Of a stretch of DNA of 64,000 nucleotides, positions 1 to 14,990 are shown in pieces. This stretch comes from Tubulanus polymorphus. Taxonomy: Eukaryota; Animalia; Nemertea. The notes beneath the pieces are model-generated. The model was not told the DNA's origin and ran no database searches. It worked only from the letters and a program-made list of their open reading frames with translations. The translations under genes were made by a program, and so were the position numbers. The DNA lies in contig NC_134032.1 in the NCBI RefSeq assembly GCF_964204645.1, positions 9,722,275 through 9,786,274 on the forward strand, given 5' to 3'. Positions within the stretch are counted from its first letter, which is position 1. Every line of letters starts with the position of its first letter.

Positions 1-3000
1 ATTGAAGCGGAGCTTGGAGTTACTATATTATGTTTCATTATCCTGTAATTTAAAATTCAAATATTCTATTTTCTAAAACTGATCAGTCCCCCACCTGACT
101 CCAGTGGGTGTGATTTAGTTTGTTATGGAGCTACAACCGCTCAGCTTTTACAGCAAATAAACTTGAGATAAAAAAAAAAGAGTCGCATGCGGAAAGCGGA
201 TGTTTAACTTCGTTCATCTCATTATGACGTCATCATCAACACCGTAAATCTCATTTTGACGACGTCACCATCGCATTGCTCACATATTATGTTAAAGAGA
301 AGATGGCCGGCTGGCTCCGTAAAAATATGATATAAAAAAATTCAATGGTTACTTGCAGAATAAGACGACTGCCTTCATGAATTTCGTTATGCATCATACA
401 TAGACACTTCAGGAAAAGATGGCTGCACCCATAATGTCCCAATGGCATCATCAAACGACACTTACAACTCGCCAAGAAGATATGGCCGCCTCCGTTTACC
501 AAGACATGTCAGGGATAGTCCTACAGTTCCCACTTTTAAAAATAGGTTAAAAACTTTCATGTTTCCTAATGCTTTTATTCTTTAGCATGCTACAGTGTTT
601 TAGGTTGGGGTAGGAATTAGTGTTTTATGTAAAGCGCAATAGGTCTTTTTTTAGAAAATAGCGCTATATAAAAGCATATTTAATTATCATTATTATCATT
701 ATTAATATCATCATCATTACAATTATTATTATTATCATTATCAAACGCCCCATGACATCAACAATTTATACTCATAGATTCTTCTAGAAATGATTACTTT
801 CTCAATGATTCTCTAAATAACAACAACAAATTGCTAGATCGTTTTAGAAACTATCGGAGCAATGAGTGCCATCTTCTCCTGAGAGGTCCAAACCCACTTG
901 GATTGACCGGAACAGGATTTCCATTGGAGCTTTTGGTAATGCCAGCGTACCTCTAGATGTTGAAAATGCAGTAATAACTTAGGGGGAAGCGACCTTAGGT
1001 ATCATCTTAGTTACTTAAATGTAAAAGCAAGAGAATGCTCTATCCCAAGATCGGCAACTTAATTAGATGAACATGAGCACTTTCAACTTGAGTTTTAGAC
1101 TAATGTAAAAAAAAGTTGTTTTGGACTTGCAGATCTAGACTTGAAGAAGCAAAACCTTCAATATCCCCATCGCAAAGTTCCCTGAATGTAAGAGTATTCG
1201 GAATAACTAAAATGCAAATAAACGCGTTTAGCAAAAGAATCCGAATATCATTAGGCATCCCAACTCACGAAGGCACGTTCACTACTAGCCATTATCCGCT
1301 CGACAGAATCAACAAACCGGTCTATCGGATTCTACTCGGTCGGTTGGGGGTTACTGCCTCGTGGCGCTGAGTTACCGCAGACCGTGTTAGTTCTACAGGT
1401 AAACAAACACATTCATAGTAATGCAGAGCGCTGTTTACTAGCACCGCGTACAATCCGGCATCAATCTATAGATTACATGTGTTCACGTCAATTTTTACGA
1501 GGCGATTATTTCATTCCTTATCTGTTATCGGGGTGACTTCTTTATTCGTTTCCGACGCCGCAATGATGAATGTATCTTCAGCAAATTGTCAGACAAGGAA
1601 GCTCATCGTAGTTCAAATAGTTGAACGAATTCTTGCCACTACGTCGGCATTAGGTAGCCTATCGAATTCAACGAACCCAACCTACCACATTTCATAATAA
1701 CGACGAAATTGTAATGATTATTTTTACCCTCCACCCACTGAGCGCCACGCGGGACATTAGTAATTGTTGTAATGACTATGGCTCTTGTAATTCGGAGACG
1801 TTCCCATTCGGAGATTGGACACCTCCAACAAGTATAAAAACGTATGGATGAATTCATATCAAAATGGATCCATTTGACATCCTTTAATGAGGTCCCAGAT
1901 TCGTTGAACAGACGTAACAGCCTTCACAATCCAAATGACTTGATCAAAAGCGAAAATTATGATTATTCACTAATGACGAACTCCACATGCTCGATGACCT
2001 CGACAATATATCCAGCTTCGTCGCATTCAAGAATTTGTCAAAGTTTGACGTATTCAATATGCTGATGGTTTCTGGGGTAAGAGGCCATTTAATAGTTTGA
2101 GTCGAACCGACTAATGGAATGTTCAAGTGAAATATCCATGAATTAAATATCCATCCACGTTACAAAATGGAATCGATAAAAGGCAATATCCTTTTGTTGT
2201 CCAGGATTATATGCCATTTTCTGACGGATCGGGGTCGAGCCGTTTCGGAGATTGCCGCTTATGCGCGGCGCTTGGAGTGTCCTTTAAAAAGCGCCAGGCA
2301 TACACGTACACATGGGAAAATCCATCGAGCACCGTGCGCGACAATCAAGAGGCCTCCAGATTCTCAAGGTCGTGACGTCATCGCAATCGTTATAAGGAGA
2401 GCGATGGAGAATGTCAACAAAAAGTCGATACGAGATGGCCGTTTGAATAAATCTGTCGATGACATCATCACGTTGCTAGACTCGTCCAGGAAACATATAC
2501 CTCGCCATAAATCCCCTTGGATATCGGTGACGTCTATCAGCACCTTCACAAAAGATGGCTACGTCTTTAAATCCGCCTATGACATCGCCAACTTACCCCG
2601 ATAGACCCTTTCATAATAAGAGGTACCTGGTAATAAATTCCACTGACATCATCAAACTGACCTTTACACTTTTAAAGAAAAGGCAGCTGCCTTCATAAAT
2701 CCCCATGACATTATCAAATTGCTATTGCGCAAACTTCCACAAAAGATGGGACCCTTTTCTAACTTCCACAAAGGATGGCTGCTTCCATAAATCCCTCTAT
2801 AACAGTATCAAAACTGTCAAGTACTTTTGGACAATTAATAATCATGTCAACGATGCCCCGCCAGAAACCAACCACTCTAACCCCTCCCCGGCAACAATTA
2901 TGTCTTTCTATCGTGTGCGATGGAATGGCAGGTTACAAAATGAGCTATCGCGTTACGGAGTGAAGGAACAGCCGAGATCTTGTACACAATATTCACCGAA

Positions 3001-6000
3001 AGTAACGAATACACACAGATCTCCATTCCATATCTCACTCACAACAGACGGCACGAACAAAATTGCTTGTATGGTATCCATGGTAACCGAATAAGACAAT
3101 TTCACCGAGCGTACACGGTGTTGTAAAGCAACCGGTATTTTTTCCATCCATCCTTTGCATCTATCTATTTTCCGACGAGAGATGACAAGTGCTCGGCTTG
3201 TGTCTGCGTGTGTGTGTGTACAAGATCTCTTTTTGATGACGTCGACATGTTTACTTCAAAGATGACCTCATTGCAGACGATATAAGAATACGCCGTCATC
3301 CGAACGCTAAGTCTGAAGTTTCAGCTGACAACGAGGACCGAAATGAGATTTAAATGGTCATAGCTTAACAAGCCTTTACCATAGCAGGACTGTGCCAAAA
3401 TCAGCTTGTGCTTTTTTGCATGATCTAGAATGGGCTTAACCTTATGTCATTTGAAATTCCGAAATGGAACAAAAAGCATTATGTGGACTTGTCCCAAAAT
3501 TGAGCTTAGTCCGGTCTTTTGAGACCGTGGAACTGACTCCAGCCAGAATTCGACTCCTAAAGTTCTACATAACCGATATTACAACTTTATTTCTTTCTGT
3601 CGGTTTGTCGGTGTCAGCATCGAGCCACTTGTCGTCTCAGAGTAAACTAATTTATATTCGGAATATAGAGCGAATGGAAGAAATTATTTGAAGAATGTTA
3701 ACAAACAACGCCCGACAAACTTCACCGACACCGAGTGACACCGAGTCTAATCCTCAAGCGTGGGCGGCCGAGAATTAATATTTAACGAGCTCGTTCTCAA
3801 GACTGTTTGTTAACGGGGGAGAGTATGGAGGAGCGTTCATCTAGAAGCGCAGAGCTTAATACGAGAGACTCTTACCGCAGTCGTGCGCTGATATGTGGTC
3901 ACCCAGAACCAACGAGTTCATTCTAGTCACTGCTCTCCCTCAAAAGCTGTGGGAAAACGAAGACCAATGGCGGGCCTAGTCACGCCAAGAACCTATTTTA
4001 CAAAGGTGAGGAAAGAGAGACGTCAGATGATACACGAAAAGGACTCGTTGTGGGCGTGGTGTTGGCCGCGGCGAAAGTCATCGTGGAAAATTGGCAATCG
4101 ATTCGGAAAATACAAACATGTACGATTGAGAAAGACACCGACAGAAAAGCAGACGAATTTTTCTACGAAATCTTATACCACGTGACAGAACTGAGACCGA
4201 TCAATAATTCACTGAGCGTACATAATGAGCGTAGGTTTCACGGACTATATACAACAGCGAGGCGGCGGAGGAGTTAATAGGTTAATTAGTAGCTGGTAAT
4301 TAGCGCTCGAAAATGTATATATATTATATATCTACGCACAGAACGCGATGTGGTGTATGAATGGGTGTAACCTGATCGAGGCCCGACTTGTCCTGAATTA
4401 TTGACTACATTTTCAGACTAGATACCAGCAGCAAGAGACGTATATCAATCTGCAATCGACTGACTACGAATAATCAGTGTAAGGCGGTACCAAGCATTGC
4501 GAAGGCAGCGAAAACGCCTCGCCTTTTGCCTATCCAATTCGGTGTTTCCGCGAGGTCAGAACTAGTTCATCAGATGTCAGCCAGCAAAAAAACTTCTGAA
4601 TTCCATGTGCCTTGAGCCTTTTTTCGGAGCAGTCAATAACAATACATATAGGTATCCTCATACAAACAACTGGAAGGCGAAAAGTGTCAATGTGGCATTA
4701 TATTTGACGCAAAGAAAACGAACGAAATTTCTTCTTGCGCCAAGGTTTCTTCTAGTCTGTCATTCCTCCCGCGATTGGATGAATCTTCGATCTCAGTCCC
4801 GTGGAAAACGGATGAAGGCTTTGGGCGCAGAAAAAAGCTTCTGGATAATCTTAGATCGGAAGTGTTTCGCGCAATATGCTACGGCGTGCACCTTTCATCA
4901 CGCTCTCCCCGAGGGGTGCTTTGTAAAGTATATTCCTTGTTCCCAAAACCATGCAAGGCGGCCTTGGATACCCGAGCATACTTTGGGACAATCTATGTTT
5001 GAAATTAACTTCTGCAAAGCAGAACCCTTTTGGCCTAGCCCGGTACTTGTGTTCCTGTAAATCACATTTTCGTTCCCAATTCTGAAATATAGCATTCTAT
5101 ATTTTGGACCATCTACATTGGCAGGTGTTATTCTACCTGTTTGGCATAGCTCTTCCTCAATGGGTACTGCTTTGTAAATCGTTTTTTCTAGTTCGCAGTC
5201 CTGAAGAGGACAGGCTCAAAAAGGTCCATAAATCTGGCAGCGATGTCTCAATGGCGCTTATCGGCACAGGAGGGAGGTGCGGCAGGTGAAAGGATAGATC
5301 GATGCAGTGCGAAACCTCTCGAGCAGAATTCCCATTGTGGCAACGATAAATCGAATCGCTCGCTGGAGGAAACCACTGCCGACAAAAGACCGCCGCATTG
5401 TCTGCAGGTCAGACGACTGAGAAAACCGATAAATCAAAGAAGTCCCTAATTATCATTAATGTTCGATCTGTTAACGACGATATATAGCGTTTAAATGAAC
5501 AATACTTGAACGCGGAATGGTTATCCTTAAGATGAGAGAAATAAATCGATTAAATCGATTTAAAACGTCAGAATTCAAAAATTCAAACCAGGCATTCAAC
5601 ACATTTTCAAAGGTAATCGTCGACACTTCACACTACAATGGCAAAGCGGCGTTTCCGGGCTACAGAAACATTTTTGTTCTAAAAATACACTATGGCACGC
5701 AATATTTACTCAAAAAATGGATTCCTAGGCAATTCTGTGCTAGGTTTCCAGTTTCTGCGATGACTTTCGCGGAAGCGGTCTGTCGCTAGATCGAGCCCTA
5801 GGATACAGCGTGTCACTGCAGTCAGGAGAAAGAGGCGATACAGATATTACACATAGTGCAAGCTTAAGAGTTGATTAAATGCGAGAAATGCAATCATATT
5901 ATCAGAGGACGACCAACCTCCCGCGGGAACAGTTCATACCGTAATCTTACAGCGGCTCGGAGCGGTTGTATCAGTACAAAGAACTGAAACGAGTGAAACT

Positions 6001-8027
6001 TTTAGAAGGTGCTCGTAGAGGCAGAAACTAACATGCTAGAAGGTCATCAGAAGGACACTACTCAAACTCCAGTCAGAATTAGATCAATGATAACCTCTTC
6101 ACTTAACGCAGATGGGTGAACTGTATTTCACAGAAGTTGGGGTATATAGACAGTTAAGTAAATTTGAGACTATAGTGAAACTCTACCCCCAGTTCGTGTC
6201 CAAGTACTGATTTACAGAAGAGAATTCTAAGAATAGAGAAGATCCGACTAAAGAGTTACCTCATTGAAAATGAACTAATATAGCTCATCAGTTAATTCAC
6301 AACTCTGGAACTGGTTCCAGTAGACTGCGGTTAAGTTGAGGCTGTTGAGATTCTACCCAGTCAAGTACGAGTATGTATAAGTTTTGAGAAATCATCAAAT
6401 GAAATAGACTGCGTGTACGGATGAAAAGCTTTTCCAAACAGAAAATTCCCACCGAGACGAAATAGGAGAAGCAGTGTCTACACTGTGTATGTACGATGTG
6501 TTATTACGCCGTTGAGATGATCGAAAATCTTTCGCCCGATATTTATATATAAATCTAAATCCCTCAGCGTCGACAGTTTGTATCGGGATTGATTTCGAAT
6601 AATTGTAGCCGATTCGAAGTCTGTAAAATCGATTTGATCTCCTCCTCCTGCGGGGATGTGCGTACCAACCGTGGCGGAACTGGGTCAGTCGTGAATACAA
6701 TTCCTCTAGAAATGTACCAGTCCCTGAAGCCTGATTAGGCAACAAAATCTCCCAACCTGATTAGGGGACATAGTCTTCCATATTTCCTAAACCCCTTTTC
6801 AGTTTTCAACACCAACTCCGGGAAGGATTTCACCAGTCACAACTAAGTCTTTCTTACCCAAGACTTTGCCAAATGCAGCTGCTGGGAGATCATAAATATA
6901 TCTAAGGTTGGGAGGTTTTATTGTGTGACCGAATGTGAGCTTTTGTAACAACAGAAAAAGGTCAGTATAAACGCTCAGTATTCTACACCAACGCCGGGTA
7001 TAATTTGACCTGTCTACCTAAGAGATAGGTTCAACATTATTTCCCAAGGTCTATCTCAGTATTTGACAAAACTCGAGTTTATAGAATTCCACCTCAACGA
7101 ACTCTTACCCCAGAATGTTGCCTACCGCAGCTGCTAGGGGATCGTGTTTCTAAGGTTTGGAGGTCATATTGTAATAAGAATCTAATCTTTTTTCAACAAC
7201 AACAGCAAGAAAAAGTGAGAAAAAAACTATTGTTGAACACGTGTACGGAATACGTATTGACTAAAAACAACACGCAGAAAAATTCGTGACCATCGAACAA
7301 GAAAATAAAAATGCCCTCCTAAAAAAAATATGAAACAATAGACTGCACCGGAGGTATTCGATTCGCTGACGGCTGTAAAGGATACCACAATATTACCGCT
7401 GAACAGAATCCGAGAACAGCCTGAACTGTGAAAGTAAAACGTAATAACGTAATCTCTGGAATGCGGAGATCTATATATAAATCTATAAATGAAAAATATG
7501 CGCGTTATATCTTAAGGGACGATAGACGTCCCTCAATACCACCGACCCTACCATACCAGATGGCTATATATTTATACATAGATCCTTCTCATACCATCGT
7601 ATCATCTTTATTTCATCATCATTATCATCATCCATCAAAATTGTCGATGTTGACCACTTCGGGAAATATGGTCATAATCATCAAAACTTCCACAATAGCT
7701 ATTTCCATAAACTCCCCCATTCGACATGGTCAAAATTGCCACCGAGACACTTCGGGAACAGAAGGTTGTCTTCATAAATCCCTGATGGCATCATAAATTT
7801 ACCTACAAGCGCTTCAAATAATTGGTTGCCTTCGTGAATCCCCTGATGACATCATCATTATATAAACCCCAGTATATCCTTTTAGAAAATAATAGCAATT
7901 CTCATAGACTAACTTGAAAAAGAGGTTGCTTTTCGGCATCTATATATCGCCCAGACTCCATTTCAAAGAAGCTTTGTGTTAAGAAACTGGCCCCCGAGTA
8001 GGGGGAACTTTATTAAAGATCCCTTAC

Positions 8028-8534
8028 CTTAGCATATGTGGAGGAATAAGGCTCGTCGAACAGGGCCCAAATTTTCGGCTTCACCTTTTGCCAACAGGTC
8101 AACGAGCTTTCATTGACCTCTTCCCAGCCGAATTTTTTCATGATTTCCTCTTCGGTCGGCTTGTCCGTGTCCAATTCTAATCTATCCAAAATGGCCAGCG
8201 TTTCCTGCGTGTCGCGATGCGTCGTGTAGGTCATCCAACAACACGGCTCGACCTGATTCGAGTCCAGACCCCAGAATTCGAGCTCCTCTTCGAAAAGAGG
8301 GCCGCACACGTCGGTCGGGTAGTGCAGCTTTCCTGTGCGATAGTAGTTCAGTATTTGAGCGAATACGCCCGGGTGACGGTCGAAGAAGTACTCGTTCAGG
8401 ACCGGGTCGTAGTTGGCCAGCGCTTCGGTTAGACGAGACAGTCTCGTCGCCGGGATCTTCTTCAAAGTGGCCTTGTAAGTTTCGTGACGGATCCCGCCGA
8501 CATTTATGATGACTCGGTTCTCGGCGTCAGTCAT
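8028..8534 (-). CDS. Shaw: Shaw/Kv3-family voltage-gated K+ channel, first coding exon (T1/BTB tetramerisation domain); no later exons were found in 1-8027, so they presumably lie left of the window
   Basis: Translation [31 protein letters not shown]...[53 protein letters not shown]...[14 protein letters not shown] is the invertebrate Shaw T1 domain. The exon ends at an AAG|GTAAGG donor (GT at 8027-8026). Confidence 0.96.
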
Positions 8535-9291
8535 CGTATCGTCGAGTCCCCGGGTCTCCTTCGCAACAACTAATAGGCGGGCAGCGGATTATTCGACTGA
8601 AAAAGCCGTCTACTGAAAATCCGTTAGAAAACCGTTACGAATCACGCGTATTTAAATATTCGAATATTCGAACCGCCGCCGGGGAAAACCTTTCGAACGT
8701 TCTAAAGCCGACCGTTAATACGCCGGTGGAGATTTCTATTTTCGTCCGGTTCTAAATCCTTCACAAATTCCGGCGTCGCGAATTTCCTGCGAGCCCGATT
8801 TAATCGTATATATGGATCGTCGATCAACGCGGGTAAATGCAATTTACAACGCGACGACTTACAGAACTATAAATATCCATCATCAACTCTCGGTGTTCGT
8901 CCGGCGAGTAACGCCAGTATTCCCTACCGTATCCGCTTCCCATAGCATCTGATTTGCTATTATTATTATAATTCTTATCATTAATATTTCAAATATTAAT
9001 ATCTTAATATTGTCGATAATATTTTCTATTTTCTTATTCCGTGTACATTAAACAAGGCACTCCTATCACAACACAATATTTATGGGGGAGCGGGCCCAAT
9101 CTTCGCGAGCATCGAATTTCCGAAATCGTTGGCGCAAAACAACGACCGTTTTTTCCGATTGCAGACGTCGTGGGTCGGCATCAGCGTCGTAGTCCGAATC
9201 CGCCTCTGGCAGGCACGTTCAATCCGTAAATGCCAAGATCACTGTTGGGAATGTCGTCTGTATTACGTCGCCGCCGCTGCATGTTCACAAC
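8535..9291 (-). other. Probable long 5' UTR portion of the Shaw coding exon, containing a 33-aa uORF (9282-9181)
   Basis: Polypyrimidine acceptor gtttttcAG|G at 9293-9292. The uORF reads MQRRRRNTDDIPNSDLGIYGLNVPARGGFGLRR*. Confidence 0.5.
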
Positions 9292-11121
9292 CTGAAAAAC
9301 AGAAAAAAATGGAAGGAAAGAATTAGATAAGAATTTCGGATTTTAGGGGGAAAACTGGCAAAAGTCTCGCAAAAAGAGTAAGGAATGTTCGGAAAATTTG
9401 AATTATCGTTCTTTCACTTCAAGCAATGTACGACTTGTTTAAAACCTTGCATCAAAATTCCAGATAATACCTCATCGATGGAAACTGTCCTCCTTTATTA
9501 TTTCAAATCCTAGCTAGGCTTCTACGTCACCGTCAGTGGATTTACGGAAGCGGTCATCTTTTCTGGACGGGTATAGGATCAATTTGATGACGATATTGGG
9601 ACTTTGAAAAAGGCAGCCGTATTTTCTAAAGCGTATGAGTAATTTGATGATATCAATATCATCGTGATGTCATTGATTTACGAAGACAGTCTTGTTTTCT
9701 AGAAGTAACGAAGGGGAAATTAGATGATGTCGCAGGGGGAAGTATGAAGTCGGCTTTATTTTCTAGCATCGATTTTAAGATACCATACGGTACGCAAGCG
9801 GCCATCTATTCGGGAATCAGGACCATAATGAACCATAAAAAATTGAACTAATGATTAAGAACGATCGATATTCGAATGCGCTAGTTTTCGGACACGCGTA
9901 CTGAATAAAAATGAAATCAACCGTTCGCAAACAGTTTGAACAGCGCGCGTGCACGTGAGTGTACCTCGCAGCAAAGCACCGGTGTTGACAGCTTGCCTGG
10001 ATCTAAAAACTGTCACTCGTACAATTCAATCGTTTCCAACAATCTGTCACATCCATGTAATAGCAATAATTAAGCCGGATTTTTGTTATATTTAGTTTAA
10101 AGGCATTAATACGTCGGAATGGATAGGGAACGAAATCAGCTTAGACCGGTCTTATAGAGAGCCGAAATGGGATTAGAATGGTCATTTAGTTTTTAAATTC
10201 GCCGTAGAATCTAAAAGAGCTTAGACTGGTTTAAAATCACTTAATTGGCTATAGAACCAAAACGAGCTAAGACTGGTCAGATAAGCTTTAGATGAGCTCA
10301 AACGGGTCATAAATGATTTCCGATTGGTTATAGAATCAAAATTAGTTTATGCTGTCGAATGTCATCTATAGAACCAAAATGAGCTTAGACCGGTCTTAAA
10401 TTATTGTATTGGTAATATAACTAAAAACATCCTTCTTCTGATTTTCTGATCTAAATGATACGTATGTTCATAATACAGTGCGCCGGTGCAGGGAAGGAAG
10501 CAACATCAAATATAGAACTGACATTTAAAATAATCCCTGGGTTCAGCCAGATTTTCTTGGATTAACGTTGTGACTACGGAGTCACTCGTACGATGAATAG
10601 ATAAGAAATTCTATACGTGAAAAAAAGCAACAGGTGTCAAAAATATATGTATTAATATTCCATAGATTTGTTGAAATTGCCTATCAAATCCACTCCCTCT
10701 CTCCCTCTCTTCCTCGTCCAAAAATTGACCCCTATCTTACTCTCTCGCCGTCCTCTTCTTAGCCCTATTCATCGTTTCTACACTCATCTTCACTTTCTAC
10801 CCTTCCTCTATCTCCCTCTCATTTCCCCCCTCAATATCTCTCTCCCCATCTCCCCTCTCGTTCGCCCATCTATGACTGTTTGTTCGCTCCTCCTTTCGTC
10901 CCTATACCTCTCCCTTTAAACCATCCACTCACCAAATCTCTTATCTCCCGCTCAATTCATATTTCTCACTCTCCCTGTTTCGGCTCAGAACAACACTTTC
11001 AATAATTCCCTAAGTTCACTTTTTGATCTCGTCGATAAACGATTGTGAACGATGATTTCACACGATATACACGATCACGATATTATATTACAATATAAAT
11101 ATATACGCGTATAGAGCTTAC

Positions 11122-11440
<319 letters not shown>

Positions 11441-11751
11441 TCGTACGCACTACGCTCTTTGCCTCTCTCGTCTATCTCAGTGTAACGAGCGATATTCTTG
11501 TGTGTGTTGCGTTGCTGCTGACGTTTACTTGTCGAAACGTTGCCGTTATTATAACATAGCGTGCGCGCCGCTGCCGCCGCTCTGTGTTGAAAGCAAGCGG
11601 TAGCGGCAGCGTTCGTTGCCAGTGGCAACGACGTTGAAAACCTATCAGTTACATCGACAACACGCACACAGGTTGGAACCGCTGGCTGCGGAGAAGGTTT
11701 GCTACGACAATAGACGTCCTCGTCAACGCGTTAAAACACTCATCCTCGTGT

Positions 11752-11901
<150 letters not shown>

Positions 11902-12093
11902 CAATCTCATACATATCCTAATGGCATTATTGCGTAGTACAGAGATATTGAGCATCCGCCCCCGACAGGGGTGGCTGCCGAGTCTAGCGATGCCATCGGG
12001 TTCGAATCACTGCCGGTGACTGGTGGGTATCGATTCGCTTTTTTTGTTGGATGACGGGTATCTAATTACGGGTTTTTTGTCTGTAACGATGAG

Positions 12094-12575
12094 CCAGTGG
12101 TGGATCTAGAAAATATGAAAGGGGAGCCACTTGAAATAAAAAGAGATTTGTTGTTCTCAGACAATAGCCGCTTCGACGAAAATTTGTGGGGTCCTAAGCC
12201 AGAAAACTTGATGATGCTGTTAGATGGTATTTCCTGCATTCAAAATAAGTTTTTTTCAAAAGATCCCTTACACTTTCCCGATATTTTTCTCATCAACACT
12301 CGATCGAAAAAGGGTTGGCATACCCAATCCGCTCGTGAGAAATGTCTCATTGGTCATGTAAGATCGGATCCGATCAACTCGCATAACATTTTAAGGCCCC
12401 AAAAAGATGCGATGCAATTGTAACCAAGCATTTTAGATTCTTTCAACCAAAGAAAAACATATTATAGAAGGGCCGTTGGGCGTCCTCAGTTGGTACCGAA
12501 TTTTTTACGGGAATGGTTTTCGGGGAAAGCTAAAAATGTAGAGGGTAGCACGTGCCCCATGGATCCGCGCCAGGC
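12094..12575. mobile_element. Degenerate hAT-like MITE (CAGTGGTGGATCTAG ... GGATCCGCGCCAG); a related GGCGGATCC-type element lies at ~27352-27593
   Basis: Imperfect terminal inverted repeats of the common CAGTGGCGGATC type; no clear TSD. Confidence 0.4.
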
Positions 12576-13534
12576 TTTGGTAATAGGATAGACAGAAGGA
12601 CCCCATATTATAGCCTAATGTATACATAATTCGCAGAGTTCCATAATTCAATGGAGTATGTGGGAGGTGAGAGAAGATTGAGGAGTGTGACGGAACGTGA
12701 AGACGTCAAGTATCATGCAGTACATTTCTTTGTCTTAATTTACATTTTTCGGAGTGTATATTAACGTTTCATGTGGATGTGATATTGTTTAATAATGCTA
12801 AATATAATTCTCTTGTAAATTCATCAGCCTGATACTGATATGTGAAAAGGGGCATCAACATCGATGAGTTGTTTGTATTAATTGGATTAGGTTATTAGTT
12901 GTGCTCAAAAGTAATATCAGTGTCACGAACATGTCAGTGTCAAAACATGTCAGCAGTACTCATACAGTAGTACTCTCTCCATTATATATAAACAAAAATA
13001 TTGTAAAGCACACGGTTTTCTAGTTGGAGTTGTAAGATAGAAGTTGAAAATAAATCATCTAAATTCAAGATCATGACGTTATTTCAATGATGAGAAAAGG
13101 ATAAGTTATTCACGCGGATGATACGTACAAAAAACAGCGAATTACACAATTTTAGGGACCGAATCGTGGGCGGAGGGCCGATAAAGAAAGGATGGTAAAA
13201 TGGGGGATGTTGCGAAAGGAAGGAGCGGGTGATGGATATTCTTCCTTCAAATATCCGTCGGGTATTTGAAGAAGTGCAACTCTTCTTTCATAGATATTCC
13301 CGCTCAAAGAGAAACTCTATTCGATTCGCATCAACAGTGTCAAATCATGCGTACAGCAGAGAGATACGCGGGTGTTAAAAATGTGATTAAGGAATTACCC
13401 GAAAACCATTCGCTACGTGCAGTAGATTGGTTGGGATCGGTCGGAAACGTGATCTAGAACGAGAATATTTCTTGGTGAACTATTCGTTCAACAAGGAAAC
13501 TGGATGCAGAGTTACATTAAAAGCCTGAACAACT

Positions 13535-14040
13535 TTGCAACTGGGTTCAGAGATATTTCAAACCCACACAACTATGGAACTGGGTCCAGAGTTATATCAA
13601 ATCCACACAACTGTGGAAATGGGTTCAGAGATATTTCAAACCCACACAACTATGGAACTGGGTCCAGAGTTATATCAAATCCACACAACTGTGGAAATGG
13701 GTTCAGAGTTACATCAAATCCACACAACTGTGGAAATGGGCTCAGGGTCAAATCAAACCCGCACAACTGTGGAACTGGAACCAGAGTCATATTAAAAACC
13801 ACACAACTGTGGAACTGGGTCCAGAGTCAAATAAAACCCAAACCACTGTGGATTTGCCGCATCTAGAGTCAAATTAAACCCGAACAACTGCGGAACTGGG
13901 TCCAGGGTTCAAAGATTCATTAGAACCACAAACAGACACACACCGTCGAAAGGGTCTAGATTCATTTTAAACTCATATAACTGTCGCGGAATTGGGCCCA
14001 GAGTCAAATTAAACCCGTACGACTGCTGAACTGGATCCAG
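13535..14040 (+). repeat. 39-bp minisatellite (cacaactgtggaactgggtccagagtcaaattaaacc-type)
   Basis: About a dozen degenerate units; source of the repetitive ORFs 13504-13866 and 13535-13795. Same family at 30048-30445. Confidence 0.9.
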
Positions 14041-14439
14041 GCACGAACGGATTGTGTTTTTTTTAGTAAACGACACAAAGAAAAATAAATGTGAAGCTCC
14101 ATCAATTTATTATAGTCTGTTACACGTGGAAAAACACGGCAAAGGCGTTGCGCAGAGCGAGAGAGTGAGAAAGCCGAACGGGCGATGATTTCTCAGAAAA
14201 ACTGACGACATTTATCAAAGGAACTAGTGCGAGAAGATGTCATCACGACGAGAGTGGCGAAGGTTGATTTATCGAGTAAAACGAGAACCAACCGACGTCA
14301 CTGAAAACCCGACAACGACGCTACTGCGGCAATCTAGAGCGTTCTACCTGTAGCCGAAGGAGATGACCTGGTTAACCTAGTTTGGCGTTCGCTCTACATT
14401 TGAAATAGGCCATGGCGCGGCTATTGTGGCGATCGAGGA

Positions 14440-14990
14440 TTCCACTTGTGGCAAGTCACCGTGGGCAAGTAGGGATCCACTGGGTGCAAGAACATGAACG
14501 TAATGGAGAATAAATGAACGGAAATTGTCCAGGTGTCACTATAGTGTGCAGTAGGACTCTTACTAGTGCGGATATAACGGATTCCACTTGTAACGAGCCA
14601 GAAGGACATTCTATGCGATTATGTTAATTTTCTTTTCTTTGATTTTATCGTGAATACTGTAATCCACGTTTTGCCACAAGTGTAGTTAGAGTGTATTAAA
14701 TCTTATCTATCTTACCTTTCATCAACTATTGCGGCAATGGAAAAACTCACTTGTGGCAAGAGAAGATCCACCAGGTGGGCTAGTGTGCAGTAGGACATCA
14801 ACTTTTGCGACAATAGAGAATTTCACTTGTGGCAAGTGAGGATCCACCAGGTGTGCTAGTGTGCAGTAGTAGATCGTTTGCGGTATGTAGGAATCGACGT
14901 ATAGCGAATGTACAGGTAGCGCTTGTGTGTAGTACGACATCGACTACCACTACAAATTGCGACATCCACCTGTGACAAGCCTGGCAGGGC
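14440..14990 (+). repeat. Degenerate tandem repeat family ttccacttgtggcaagtgaggatccaccaggtgtgctagtgtgcagtaggac; second cluster at 40888-41265 in a WDR48 intron
   Basis: Direct comparison of the two clusters. Confidence 0.8.

Noticed and set aside
4605-5449. Cluster of 60-150-aa ORFs in the Shaw intron
   Set aside because: No recognisable domain in the frames I examined; not the expected Shaw S1-S6 exons; at most a decayed TE.
13504-13866. SNPHNCG-repeat ORF
   Set aside because: Translation of the 39-bp minisatellite; no splice or signal context.
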